From the sequence record MZ375356.1: DNA of 64,000 nucleotides, one strand, 5' to 3'. A model generated the notes under the pieces. The model ran no database searches, was not told where the DNA came from, and saw only the letters and a program-made list of their open reading frames with translations. Each line of letters begins with the position of its first letter. Position 1 is the first letter of the stretch. A program made the translations under genes and the position numbers. The stretch is from Escherichia phage T4. Positions 19,933 to 32,610 of this stretch are shown here, piece by piece.

Positions 19933-21392
19933 AGACCAGTTACCTCATGAAAATCACCAAATACATCTTCGAATGTATTAGCTTTAGTTTTATCTTCACG
20001 TAAACGAATCGCAATCGGAAGAAATAATTTAACGTAATCAGTGCGGCCATCAGATTTTAACCAACCGTTGCATTCGCACTCTAGAATTTTTCCAATATAA
20101 TAATTTTGGTTTTCCATAATGCGAGTACGGTCAAGTTCATGCGATTTTACACCGGCTTTATCTTTTAAGCCTGAACCAGCATTTACCTTAATTTTTCCAC
20201 ACTCTGACTCAAGAATAAATCCACCCGCTTTAGTAGGGTCTTTACGGTGAGGATAAATTCCTACAATTTTTAAATCAACATCAATTACTTCTTTAAATTT
20301 ATAAAGATTTTTTGAACGAGCATTTTCCCATAATCCATCGATATTTTTGAGAATAATACCTTCAAGACCTTGGTCAATATACTTTTTATAAATTACCTTA
20401 GCTTCATCTAGGTTATTTACTACCTGGTTTTCAATTAAAATTACTTTATCATATCCAGATGTCATTTGTTCTAGTTTAGAAAAACGTACATCATATTTCA
20501 AACGAAATGCAGGAAGACTGTATATTTCTACCAACGGGACATAATCCCAGACCTGAAACTTCATGCATTGTGCTTCTTTTTCAGAAATGGTTCCCTTTAA
20601 AGATTTATTGGCGATTCCATTAGAAGCAGTACGTGATTCAGCTACTTCGGCGAATTCTTTAGCTTTACTGTTTTCAGGATAAGCATCAAAAAGAAAATCT
20701 AGGCCTTCTGGCTCCTTTTTAACTTGCTCATGGTATACCAATTCGCCATCAATCAACACACCTTCTGGATGAATCTGGCGGGCTTCAGCGGTCATTTTAA
20801 TTAACTCTTCCTTAAGAAGATCTAATCCTAGATATTCATTACCAGCTCGTGATAAAAGACGAACATCATCTAATTCATCACCTCTAACTTCAGCAAAACA
20901 CCGAGCTCCATCAGCTTTTAACTGAGCAAAGGCTGGAAATTTGATATTCTTATTAATGCCTTTTTCATCATAAGAACTTGCGAGCATTTGAGGTTGTTCA
21001 GGAATTAAACCTGGCCAAACTTTGTTTGCAATAGATACTGAAGCACCACATTCAAGGTCTCGCATCATCACTCGACGCAAAACTTCAACATCATCTTTTT
21101 TACCATCGGTGATATATCCAGTTAATTCCTCAATTGCTGCATTTCCAGTCAATTTCCGAGTAGCTAATGTGAATTCAATGAAGTCAAGCATATCGGTAAG
21201 AGTCAACATTCCAAAACTCTGGGTAGCAATACCAGGTTTAGGCCATTTCTTGATATAATACTGTAACCCACGAGAATAAGTCAGACGATATACTCGTTTA
21301 AGCAATTCATTATCTTTATTCTTTTCAAGAATTGCTTGCTTCTGTTTAGTTGAACCAATAGATGCTATTTCGTTCAGAATTTTAAGAATCAT
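19929..21392 (-). CDS. 30: ATP-dependent DNA ligase
   Basis: 487-aa ORF with KADGAR adenylation motif; matches T4 DNA ligase. Confidence 0.95.
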   Translation of the reverse strand: MILKILNEIASIGSTKQKQAILEKNKDNELLKRVYRLTYSRGLQYYIKKWPKPGIATQSFGMLTLTDMLDFIEFTLATRKLTGNAAIEELTGYITDGKKDDVEVLRRVMMRDLECGASVSIANKVWPGLIPEQPQMLASSYDEKGINKNIKFPAFAQLKADGARCFAEVRGDELDDVRLLSRAGNEYLGLDLLKEELIKMTAEARQIHPEGVLIDGELVYHEQVKKEPEGLDFLFDAYPENSKAKEFAEVAESRTASNGIANKSLKGTISEKEAQCMKFQVWDYVPLVEIYSLPAFRLKYDVRFSKLEQMTSGYDKVILIENQVVNNLDEAKVIYKKYIDQGLEGIILKNIDGLWENARSKNLYKFKEVIDVDLKIVGIYPHRKDPTKAGGFILESECGKIKVNAGSGLKDKAGVKSHELDRTRIMENQNYYIGKILECECNGWLKSDGRTDYVKLFLPIAIRLREDKTKANTFEDVFGDFHEVTGL

Positions 21393-21658
21393 TGTTCATC
21401 CTTTAGAGTTTGGTTTACAGCTCTATTATAAATCAATTCATCATTAAGCTCAGTCAAAGACCTGTGGTACGTGGTTCTAACTTTATTTCCTTGCATCCAG
21501 TGCTTGATATAAATGAAACCTTGCTCTACACATTTTTTAAAAATTCGTTCGTCTTTTTGAGCTCGGAATTCTGGATTGCATCTAAAAAATTGATTTACGT
21601 GACCGTAATCACGTGTAGTATTACCTTCATTTTCATAAATAGTGTGAACAACAAACAT
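21389..21658 (-). CDS. 30.1: hypothetical protein 30.1
   Basis: 89-aa ORF, position. Confidence 0.5.
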   Translation of the reverse strand: MFVVHTIYENEGNTTRDYGHVNQFFRCNPEFRAQKDERIFKKCVEQGFIYIKHWMQGNKVRTTYHRSLTELNDELIYNRAVNQTLKDEQ

Positions 21659-21996
21659 TAGAATGCTCCTTGGAAAATATTATCACCACAAGTAGGTCTA
21701 TTATACAAATACTCTATACCGCCGGGCTTAATATAGTTCCATGTCTGAAACGGATGCGTCTGATATGGATGATATGGATTATAAGGATTAAATCCAGGAG
21801 TTCTCCAGGTAGTGTTCCAAGGAAAAGAATCGTTTTTAATCATCTTTTCAATTACATCTTTTATAGCTTTTTCACTATCAAAACTTTCTTTATTTTCCTT
21901 TGGTGAAAAAAGCTTATTCTCTACATCGTTCCATGTATAAACTCGCTGAGCAGTTTTTGGAATATTGTCACGCTCTCCTCGAGCCATCCAATACAC
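21658..21996 (-). CDS. 30.2: hypothetical protein 30.2
   Basis: 112-aa ORF, position. Confidence 0.5.
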   Translation of the reverse strand: MYWMARGERDNIPKTAQRVYTWNDVENKLFSPKENKESFDSEKAIKDVIEKMIKNDSFPWNTTWRTPGFNPYNPYHPYQTHPFQTWNYIKPGGIEYLYNRPTCGDNIFQGAF

Positions 21997-22061
21997 AGGA
22001 ACACGTAATATTTCACTCGCGTGATCGCAGTGGTGAGCGAGATCGTCAATAACAAATTACG

Positions 22062-22482
22062 TTATTTCTCTTTTGCTTTTTTGAACAACTCTTCTTTTGA
22101 AGAATCATGACTACACATCAGTACTTCTGAGAAAGCACCAGGAAAAAGAGCATTCAAATTAAATTGACGATTTAATAGAGCGTCAATAGAATCACCCAAT
22201 GCTGTAACAGCAACAAAATTATAATCTTCTTTTAATTTGTTAATTACACAGAGCATCTTTATATGGAGACAAGTAACGAATAAAATCCGAACGATTGTAT
22301 TTTTCAATTAACTTGACGCCAAGTTCTTCATCACAGTTAAAGAGTTTACCAGGAGAAATAAATTTCTCATCTTGGATCATTTTTAAAATATGTTCTAACG
22401 GAAGATTATATTTCTGAGCAAAATAAGGAAGGCCTGATTGCCAGCTTAAACATACTCCATCAATATCAGTTAATAGTAGGCT
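22062..22482 (-). pseudogene. HAD-superfamily phosphatase-like gene in pieces (positional 30.3)
   Basis: HAD motif I (LLLTDIDGV) lies immediately after the upstream stop; motif IV-like GDSIDA is in ORF 22062..22307 in another frame; the only ATG is in a third frame. Confidence 0.5.
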
Positions 22483-22944
22483 TCATAGAGAGTCTCTTAA
22501 TAGGTTTAACACATCAATAAATTCAGCTTCGGTTAGTATTGTATCATCTTTTGTTAGACCACTAGCAATGCTGTGCTTCAAAACTTTTCCTTTCGAGGCT
22601 TGTAATGCATCACGAAAGCCCTTGTTTTGAATCGCTGCTTCAAAATATGCATTTGTGTATAATTCTTTCCACGCCGGGGAGTATCTTGAAAACGGAACTC
22701 CAAGCCAAAAGAGGGTCCCACGGTCCTGAGCTCTAGCATAAGACCTTCCAGCTTGTTGGGCGGCAAGCCCGGATAACCCAAATATACGTTGTTGTTCAAC
22801 ATTTTTCACCTTACACCCTTGGAGGAATCCTTCAAGACCTCCAAATTGAATACCATCCATAACGAAAGGCCATTGGGCGAAATTACTTAATGCACATGAT
22901 GGCCACCTAAAATTGCTTCTAATCTCTAACTCAGACATTTTCAA
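22483..22944 (-). CDS. NADAR/YbiA-like domain protein (positional 30.3')
   Basis: 153-aa ORF; LSNFAQWPFVMDGIQF resembles the YbiA/NADAR signature FSNFAAWPIKVDGKTW. Confidence 0.6.
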   Translation of the reverse strand: MKMSELEIRSNFRWPSCALSNFAQWPFVMDGIQFGGLEGFLQGCKVKNVEQQRIFGLSGLAAQQAGRSYARAQDRGTLFWLGVPFSRYSPAWKELYTNAYFEAAIQNKGFRDALQASKGKVLKHSIASGLTKDDTILTEAEFIDVLNLLRDSL

Positions 22945-23137
22945 TGCTTATAATTTCAACATCAGCCCAATGACCATAGCAAGGAAGACGAAATTCAACT
23001 GGCCAGTTAGGGTCCTTTTCTAATATAATAGACTCAACTTGTGGTTCTTCGTGTTCATCAGTATACGGATTTTTATCTGTTACTTTATATGTGACCTTAA
23101 TGTACTGAATTCCAAAAATCTTATTAATTATATTCAT
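22931..23137 (-). CDS. small hypothetical protein (30.x cluster)
   Basis: 68-aa ORF. Confidence 0.4.
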   Translation of the reverse strand: MNIINKIFGIQYIKVTYKVTDKNPYTDEHEEPQVESIILEKDPNWPVEFRLPCYGHWADVEIISIENV

Positions 23138-23331
23138 ACTAATTCCTTTAATCCGTAGATAGGAGATAATTCATCACCCATACGAAGGTCTTCATTTCCA
23201 TCTACCCAGGAAACAATATAAGCCTCTTTTATTTGAATACCACTCCATTTAAATGGAGGTAGAACCTTAGAAATTAATCCAGGTATACCAACTCCCTTTA
23301 ATTCAACAGTTTGACCTAAAAAGAATTTCAT
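23134..23331 (-). CDS. small hypothetical protein (30.x cluster)
   Basis: 65-aa ORF. Confidence 0.4.
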   Translation of the reverse strand: MKFFLGQTVELKGVGIPGLISKVLPPFKWSGIQIKEAYIVSWVDGNEDLRMGDELSPIYGLKELV

Positions 23332-23617
23332 TAGAACCTCATCTGAAAACCGTGCGATTTAACATTACCGCCGCCAATATCAGAAATGTTAATTTCACGC
23401 GCAATTGAAGGGTCAATGTCAATTTCACGATTGAGTTTAGTGATAGCTAAAGTATCACGCCCATTTACAGTACGGAACTCTAAAGGACAAACCACATCAA
23501 CGTAGTTTTAATCGATTCGCTAGTAAGTTGCAAATGTGCAGGAAGGTCTTTAGGTGCCTTTGAGAAAACCACTTCACAGAAATTTTTGCGGGTATCAAAA
23601 TAAGTAGTCATAAACAT
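23332..23617 (-). pseudogene. small 30.x gene split by frameshift
   Basis: ATG with RBS at 23617 gives MFMTTYFDTRKNFCEVVFSK... which stops after ~45 codons; plausible continuation ...VVCPLEFRTVNGRDTLAITKLNREIDIDPS... is in the next frame. Confidence 0.4.
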
Positions 23618-23707
23618 AATATTTTCCTCAGTAAGGGGCTGAAGCCCCTCATTTTATTTTAAATATCAAATTCATTAAGAACTACATCAAAGATTGCTTC
23701 AAGATGC

Positions 23708-24022
23708 TCAGGTAGCTCTGTTACTCAGAATATGACGAATCCAAGTTTTAACTAAGAGTTTACGATTAGCACCATTCCAGCAAGGATGAGTCCCTAAATC
23801 GCGTTGGCGGAAATCATCATCCAGAGCGATTTTGAAGTTGGAACCTTTCATCGTGATTGAAACCGTGATACCGTTTTCAAATCGCATATAAACGTAGTTA
23901 GGAGTCATATACTGTTCAATTTCGCATACTGATCCATTTTGATGTTTCCAGAGGCAAATAGTATCAATAGAACCTGCAATACCATTAGAAACATATTTAC
24001 GTTCAAAGTTAATGTAGTTCAT
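23708..24022 (-). CDS. hypothetical protein (30.x cluster)
   Basis: 104-aa ORF. Confidence 0.4.
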   Translation of the reverse strand: MNYINFERKYVSNGIAGSIDTICLWKHQNGSVCEIEQYMTPNYVYMRFENGITVSITMKGSNFKIALDDDFRQRDLGTHPCWNGANRKLLVKTWIRHILSNRAT

Positions 24023-24204
24023 TTTTATTCTCCGAGATGTTTAATTGCGGTACAGGTATAATATCATATCCTGTACCAAAGTAAACAATTATTTTACTAC
24101 TTTCCAATGCTGCATGTCAAGTTTACCAACTTTTTTCATCTTCTCAATTAAGCGTTCTGCACGTTGGCGAGCTAACATAATGCCATTCGCCTAATTCATT
24201 TTGT

Positions 24205-24417
24205 TCAATTTTTCCAACGAACTGTATTCAATTCATAAATCCAACCAGTAAAGAAATTATGAACTTGAATTGTAAAGGTGAAATCTGTTCCCATACCTTC
24301 TGTTGTTTCTACTTCAATAATATCACCTTCAACTGCCATTAAGAACCACATAGTTTCATCATATTTACCATTGAAGCATTTAGTTTTAACTGCAGCGTTC
24401 AGATTAATCGTTTTCAT
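24205..24417 (-). CDS. hypothetical protein (30.x cluster)
   Basis: 70-aa ORF preceded by early-type promoter. Confidence 0.45.
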   Translation of the reverse strand: MKTINLNAAVKTKCFNGKYDETMWFLMAVEGDIIEVETTEGMGTDFTFTIQVHNFFTGWIYELNTVRWKN

Positions 24418-24439
24418 TTTATTCTCCTTTGTTTGTGTA

Positions 24440-24474
24440 AGATAATACTATCACAAAGGAACTATACTGTAAAC
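24440..24474 (-). promoter_or_regulatory. early-type promoter (GTTTAC / TAGTAT)
   Basis: minus strand GTTTAC, 18-nt spacer, TAGTAT upstream of ORF start 24417. Confidence 0.45.
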
Positions 24475-24493
24475 AACTTTGTGCAATCTTTGG

Positions 24494-24523
24494 AAAATAA
24501 AAAAGGACTCCCGAAGGAGTCCT
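24494..24523 (-). terminator. hairpin terminator after small basic ORF
   Basis: AGGACTCC-CGAA-GGAGTCCT followed by T-run on minus strand. Confidence 0.7.
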
Positions 24524-24527
24524 CAAC

Positions 24528-24704
24528 TTATGCTTTCTGCTTACCAAAACGAGAAGCATCATCTCGAAGAACCGCACGTGCTCGGCGCATGATCTTCTCA
24601 ACAGTTTGATTGATACGAGAGTTCGACCCACGCTTGTAGCCAGCGCGTTTAGAATCACCAACTTTCTTTTCAACTGCTTTCTTTGCTTTAGCTTGTTTTG
24701 CCAT
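24528..24704 (-). CDS. small highly basic protein (positional 30.9)
   Basis: MAKQAKAKKAVEKKVGDSKRAGYKRG... from ATG; listed ORF 24528..24746 starts at a non-ATG codon. Confidence 0.4.
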   Translation of the reverse strand: MAKQAKAKKAVEKKVGDSKRAGYKRGSNSRINQTVEKIMRRARAVLRDDASRFGKQKA

Positions 24705-24948
24705 TATAAATTCTCTTTTAAATGAAAATGCAGGACTTATTGGCATTGCCTGCGCAAGCCCTCAAGGGGAACATAGGTTTTTGGATATTTAACGACCAGG
24801 ATAACCATAAACCCGTCATCATTCACATTCAAGAGGTACACCGTAAAACTGTCGGGGTCTTAAAACTATAATGATTCGCAAATCATTAATCAGACAGTTC
24901 GACGGCTCCTCGATTTAGCTCACACTAAGGCAGTGAATCTCCAATAAA

Positions 24949-25197
24949 TTACTTCAGTGTTACCACAAAGTGACGAACTGCTTTTCGTGCAGCAGAAGCC
25001 AGAGGCTTAGCATATTTAAGTTCATCTTTTTCCTGAAGCTCAGCAGCTAATGCAGTTTGAGCAGGATTCAGATGTTTGAAATAACGCAGGATTTCAAGAG
25101 CTTCGGCTTCAACATCAATAGATGCGCCATAGTTTTCGTGACCATTATTCCATGCGTTTCGTTGCAGTTCAAGAGCGTGTTGTAATTGTTTAATCAT
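24949..25197 (-). CDS. rIII: rIII lysis-inhibition accessory protein
   Basis: 82-aa ORF immediately before gene 31. Confidence 0.8.
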   Translation of the reverse strand: MIKQLQHALELQRNAWNNGHENYGASIDVEAEALEILRYFKHLNPAQTALAAELQEKDELKYAKPLASAARKAVRHFVVTLK

Positions 25198-25344
25198 TTA
25201 AAAATTCTCGTTAGAGATTAAAACTCGGTAGTCACGTTCTTCTGAATTTCATCTTCTTTCGACAGATCTCTCAGTTGTAGACTACCACATAGAATTGTTC
25301 GGTTAACTTATTATTCCGACACCCAATTCATATTATTATTTATA

Positions 25345-25680
25345 TCACTTATAAAGACACGGAATAGCTTTATAGTGACAGGTAACGAATTTTTGTTTAA
25401 TTTCTTTTGGCTGCTTAAGACCCAGAGCTACAAAAGGATGCGGAACATTTCGAATTTGACCAACTGGAAGAGAAGTCAAATCACCAACTTCGCAGAAACC
25501 TTCAGGAACATCAGGACCGACAGAGTGAACTACACACAGTTCAGGAACTTCACCTTGAACACGTTTACCGATAATAAGTCCTGATTCTGTAACTTCTTCA
25601 TCACCGGCTTGTGCAGGTTCAGAAACTAAAATAACATATTCACCGACAGCACGAATTGGTAGCTGTTGTACTTCAGACAT
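25345..25680 (-). CDS. 31: co-chaperonin gp31 (GroES analogue)
   Basis: 111-aa ORF, size and position. Confidence 0.9.
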
Positions 25681-25733
25681 CGTTTTTCCTTTTTGTTAAC
25701 AGATGAATTAATAACAAATAGTTCTTAAAGCAT

Positions 25734-26042
25734 TTATTTACCAATAAATTGAAGCAAATGCTCAACTTTCATACCATTAACGGAAATCAATTTGTCAATA
25801 GAAAAACCTCGCCACGCACCAAGCTCAACATCAAATACTGGAATCATGTCAGTAGATTCTTTCCGAGTAGATTCAGTCAATTTGCCAGTTTGCATGGTTG
25901 GCATAAAGTCTGCATCACGAGTACCTTTCATAGTACGAATAGTACCATCAGACTTTTCAAAAACTACGTTTGAAACACCCATGGACAATTTAGTTTTCAA
26001 AATTTCACGAATTGCTACTTTCTGCTCAGTTGTCAGTTTCAT
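25734..26042 (-). CDS. 31.1: hypothetical protein 31.1
   Basis: 102-aa ORF, position. Confidence 0.5.
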   Translation of the reverse strand: MKLTTEQKVAIREILKTKLSMGVSNVVFEKSDGTIRTMKGTRDADFMPTMQTGKLTESTRKESTDMIPVFDVELGAWRGFSIDKLISVNGMKVEHLLQFIGK

Positions 26043-26288
26043 TTATTTACCTATTACAGTTTTAATATGAGTTGTTCCACGTTCTTTAAGGGTGGAAAGT
26101 AATTTTTGGCATTTTTCTAAATCAGATTTCCAACTATATGGTCTATCAATACAAACCCAATTTGTCTTATAATACTGTTTCCATTTAGAGAAAAAATATT
26201 TCTTATACTCTACAGCAAATGAGATGTTCTCGTTAGAATAAGAACTAATTGCTGTGAGTTTACCAAACGAAATTTCATTATTCACCAC
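26043..26288 (-). CDS. 31.2: hypothetical protein 31.2
   Basis: 81-aa ORF, position. Confidence 0.5.
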   Translation of the reverse strand: MVNNEISFGKLTAISSYSNENISFAVEYKKYFFSKWKQYYKTNWVCIDRPYSWKSDLEKCQKLLSTLKERGTTHIKTVIGK

Positions 26289-26859
26289 AGAATTCGTTGA
26301 TATTTTCCCAGTTTAACTTATTCAAGTTTTTCTTAGGAACATTAAACACTTCAATACCTGCATTTCGCAGAATATCATCCCAACCGGGTTTATTTTTGTC
26401 GTATGTTTCACAATAAACCAGCTTTTTAATACCAGATTGAGCTATCGCTTTTGCGCAATCTGGACAAGGAGAAAGTGTTACATACATAGTAGCACCTTCA
26501 ATAGAAGAACCATTTCGTGCAGCAAACAAAATTGCATTTAGTTCAGCATGAATTTCATTTTTAGATGACCATTCCGAGTGAGCACTACGATGTTCTTTCG
26601 CCAAAACAAAACGATCAGTTGAACCAAATGATACGCATTCAGGCTTATGACCTTGAATGATAGCATGTTTAGGCTTATTCAACAACCATCCTTGCTCAGC
26701 AGCATAATCACAACAGTTCACACCCCCTGCGGGTGAACCATTATACCCAGTAGAAATAATACGTCCATTCTTTTCAATTACTGCTCCTACCTTCCAGGAG
26801 CAACATTTTGATTCCTGCGATACTAAATATGCAATTTGAAGTACTGTACTCGCTTTCAT
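26278..26859 (-). CDS. cd: dCMP deaminase
   Basis: 193-aa ORF with cytidine/dCMP deaminase zinc motifs (HAELNA, PCPDCA). Confidence 0.9.
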   Translation of the reverse strand: MKASTVLQIAYLVSQESKCCSWKVGAVIEKNGRIISTGYNGSPAGGVNCCDYAAEQGWLLNKPKHAIIQGHKPECVSFGSTDRFVLAKEHRSAHSEWSSKNEIHAELNAILFAARNGSSIEGATMYVTLSPCPDCAKAIAQSGIKKLVYCETYDKNKPGWDDILRNAGIEVFNVPKKNLNKLNWENINEFCGE

Positions 26860-27194
26860 TTCATAATCACCAGATAAGCAGATTTAGCAGTTTCAACACG
26901 ATAAATTTCGTGACGAAGTTTAGTTATACTTTTAATAACAGAACTAATTATATTCTGCCCATCTTTAAAGCGGTTTTTCTTATCAATAAAAACTGCGCCA
27001 GTCATCTTTTTGTGAAGCTCAACTGGATACTTCGTCACAATAATAGCATCATACACAGAAGGATGAATACTATTCACCAGAGTATCATTCATTAAAGTTA
27101 TTCTAATGAACTGTGCTGTTTCAGAATCAAGCGCTCTATGATCGCCAGTATCATTTTCAAGACAATTATCAATTATATCAGTTAAATTCATCAT
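26856..27194 (-). CDS. cd.1: hypothetical protein cd.1
   Basis: 112-aa ORF, position. Confidence 0.5.
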   Translation of the reverse strand: MMNLTDIIDNCLENDTGDHRALDSETAQFIRITLMNDTLVNSIHPSVYDAIIVTKYPVELHKKMTGAVFIDKKNRFKDGQNIISSVIKSITKLRHEIYRVETAKSAYLVIMK

Positions 27195-27430
27195 AGTACG
27201 CCATACACCCTTTGTGCTTCAACTAATCCATCAAAATCCAGTTTAAGATGCGATATTTGATCGCCATCACCTGGATTCACAATTACTAATACTGAACGAG
27301 GAGTTTCGGTAATAACACGAACCGATGTTTCAGGAAATCGTTCAGAAACCTTATTTACTAATTCCTGCGCAAATAGTTTAACTTTTTCTTGGAATTCTTT
27401 AACAGTAATCGGTTTTTCACTTAGCAACAT
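27191..27430 (-). CDS. cd.2: hypothetical protein cd.2
   Basis: 79-aa ORF, position. Confidence 0.5.
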   Translation of the reverse strand: MLLSEKPITVKEFQEKVKLFAQELVNKVSERFPETSVRVITETPRSVLVIVNPGDGDQISHLKLDFDGLVEAQRVYGVL

Positions 27431-27454
27431 TTTGTTTTCCTCATTTGTTTTGGT

Positions 27455-27490
27455 AGAGCTATAATATCACAACTCTACCGTAAAGTAAAC
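27455..27490 (-). promoter_or_regulatory. early-type promoter (GTTTAC / TATTAT) with inverted repeat GGTAGAG..CTCTACC
   Basis: minus strand GTTTAC, 18-nt spacer, TATTAT upstream of cd.2. Confidence 0.45.
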
Positions 27491-27492
27491 CA

Positions 27493-27708
27493 TTAAATCG
27501 CTTTGAATTCCGCAGTTTGAGATTCAAAGCGAATATCGCCTTTGATAACAAGCTCAGCATCAAGACCAAATACGACAATGATATGCGCGGAACCTGGATA
27601 CAGTGTAATGGCAATAGAATCCACCTGGTCTGGAAGCAAAGTGTTCAATACATGAGTCACTTGAGCATGGATTCGAAGCTCAGCTGCGTTATCAAGTTTT
27701 TCAAACAT
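27493..27708 (-). CDS. cd.3: hypothetical protein cd.3
   Basis: 71-aa ORF, position. Confidence 0.5.
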   Translation of the reverse strand: MFEKLDNAAELRIHAQVTHVLNTLLPDQVDSIAITLYPGSAHIIVVFGLDAELVIKGDIRFESQTAEFKAI

Positions 27709-27766
27709 ATTATTAGCGATTTTGGCTACACTACTTCTACGATTTTAGAGTAAGTCGGAAACATAT

Positions 27767-27957
27767 TTACCTCACATAATTTTCTTCAAGCCAATCAATA
27801 ACATCCAACGCATTATCAAAAGTTGAACCATCTACTCTGTCTTCTGTTTCATAATCAAGAACATCTGCCTACTCTTCCGTCAACAATAGGCCATAGACAA
27901 AATAGATATTTCTTTTCTTTTTCAATTTTATCACAAAGACGATAAATCTTTTCTAGG

Positions 27958-27965
<8 letters not shown>
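27767..27965 (-). pseudogene. cd.4: cd.4 with internal frameshift
   Basis: ATG overlapping cd.5 stop gives MNNLEKIYRLCDKIEKEKKYLFCLWPIVDGRV then stop; ...ADVLDYETEDRVDGSTFDNALDVIDWLEENYVR continues in next frame; span 199 nt = 201-2. Confidence 0.55.
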
Positions 27966-29284
<1,319 letters not shown>

Positions 29285-29288
<4 letters not shown>

Positions 29289-29584
29289 TTACATTTATCC
29301 TCTTTTAGCTCTTGACGATAATAACATATCATAGTTTTCTGGTCATGTACATATCGTTTTACATCATTAAGCCAAATACGAAATTCCTGAGAATCTTCAA
29401 ATGGCATACCGACCCAGGCTTTACCATCAATAACTTTAACTTGCCAAGATAGTTTAGCTTCATCATATGACTTTATTTGCACAGGCCAATTAGGATGAAC
29501 TGTTTCTTTCTTTACTTCTAGAGGCTTTGTCGAACAACCAACTAGAAGACCAATAGATAATATTACTGCTGATAGTTTAATCAT
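29285..29584 (-). CDS. pseT.2: hypothetical lipoprotein-like protein pseT.2
   Basis: 99-aa ORF with N-terminal signal-like segment ending LVGCS. Confidence 0.5.
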
Positions 29585-29934
29585 TTAGAAAGGTCCTGGA
29601 TGTCTTCTGCGAACTTGTTGAAGGAGTTGTTGATTTGTTTTTCAACCAATCCTGGCTTATGAGCCACCACATCCGCCTTCTTTGCATCTTTGCGCAGTTT
29701 TTCATTTTCACGCTCAATAGCAGCAATTGCCTCACGATTTTTATTATTCATCGCATCAATATAATTATACTGAATTCGCAAATTATTTAATGCTAAGGCG
29801 TTTTCATTGGCCGTTTTTGTAATTTCAGTAACTGATGTTTCTAATCTTTCTACCTTATGTTTTAAAATAATAGATGTTCCGCCAAATGCTATTACAAGTA
29901 ATAGCAATCCAGCTGTAAAATTACTTACATGCAT
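29581..29934 (-). CDS. pseT.3: hypothetical membrane-anchored protein pseT.3
   Basis: 117-aa ORF with N-terminal hydrophobic helix. Confidence 0.5.
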   Translation of the reverse strand: MHVSNFTAGLLLLVIAFGGTSIILKHKVERLETSVTEITKTANENALALNNLRIQYNYIDAMNNKNREAIAAIERENEKLRKDAKKADVVAHKPGLVEKQINNSFNKFAEDIQDLSK

Positions 29935-30428
29935 AAAGTTTTAATAACCTCTACAATATCGTCTTGAGAAAGACCGTTAATTAAAATATGATGTTCAGCT
30001 GGAGATTTAGAAATTTTAAAGCATGCCTCAACATCTTCTGCCATATCCGATGCACTACGATTTGGATTACTAATACCAAGGCGATGTTTTCCCGTCAAAG
30101 GATTAACGATGATATAGCATTTGCAGCTATTGATATGAACATTGGGTTGAGTCTGATTAATGAACACTTCACAATCATACTTAGCAAGTTGATTTTCTAA
30201 AAAGACTTTCATCTCTTCAACCGCATCAGGAAGCATATCACGGGCTTGCTCAAGACGACGATTTCGATATTCTTTAATGGTCGTTTTCCGCTTGACTTGC
30301 TTAGCTAAATCTTTCTTAAGATCAGTGATATATCCAACTCGACGATTTCCTTTGAATACAGAAATCCCATCTGTAGTATCACCGTATGCTTCAACGACCA
30401 TTTCAGTAGTAATAAGTTGTAAATCCAT
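29925..30428 (-). CDS. alc: Alc, host transcription terminator acting on cytosine-containing DNA
   Basis: 167-aa ORF (from second Met), position between pseT cluster and rnlA. Confidence 0.8.
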   Translation of the reverse strand: MDLQLITTEMVVEAYGDTTDGISVFKGNRRVGYITDLKKDLAKQVKRKTTIKEYRNRRLEQARDMLPDAVEEMKVFLENQLAKYDCEVFINQTQPNVHINSCKCYIIVNPLTGKHRLGISNPNRSASDMAEDVEACFKISKSPAEHHILINGLSQDDIVEVIKTLCM

Positions 30429-30436
30429 CATAAAGT

Positions 30437-30491
30437 CCTCATGTTATGTCAGTAAGACTACTATAACACAACACGAGGGACTTGTAAACAA
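30437..30491 (-). promoter_or_regulatory. early-type promoter plus leader for alc (copy of the 17224..17278 element)
   Basis: 55 bp identical to the alt.-3 element except one base. Confidence 0.55.
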
Positions 30492-30492
30492 C

Positions 30493-32079
<1,587 letters not shown>

Positions 32080-32080
<1 letters not shown>

Positions 32081-32101
32081 AATAAAATGGGCCTTGCGGC
32101 C
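32080..32101 (-). terminator. hairpin between nrdB and denA
   Basis: GGGCC-GCAA-GGCCC on minus strand followed by ATTTTATT. Confidence 0.45.
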
Positions 32102-32107
32102 CACTCC

Positions 32108-32610
32108 TTAAAAGTATTTTTTAAAACTCATCATAACTTTATCATCAACATCATTATCAATCTGTGCAACAAGGTAAGATGACAGTTCTACTTCTTGCGG
32201 CGCGGATTGAACATTATCAGAATTAAGATATTCACGAATCCAAGGATATGGATGTTTAACCGGAGCATCGGTAATTGGGCATGGAAGACCGCACTGTTTC
32301 ATACGAGATACAGTTAAGTAATCAATAAAGCTCCACATGCTATTTGTATTTAATCCAGGAACATCACCATCTTTAAATAAATGAACTGCCCAGTCTTTTT
32401 CCTGGCGGTTAACTTCCATGAAAATATCAACTGCTTCTTGTTCACACTCTTGGGCAATTTTAACCCATTCATCACCATCAGTACCGGATTGAAGTTGACG
32501 AATAATATATTGGGTGCCTTTAAGGTGAAGCTGTTCATCACGTGCAATGAACTTCATAATCTTGGCATTACCTTCCATGATTTCCATGTTCTTATGGAAG
32601 TTAAAGGTAC
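32108..32610 (-). CDS. nrdB: ribonucleotide reductase small subunit NrdB, exon 2
   Basis: translation ...TFNFHKNMEIMEGNAKIMKFIARDEQLHL aligns to class Ia R2; boundary placed after intron terminal G; exon1+exon2 = 388 aa. Confidence 0.8.
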
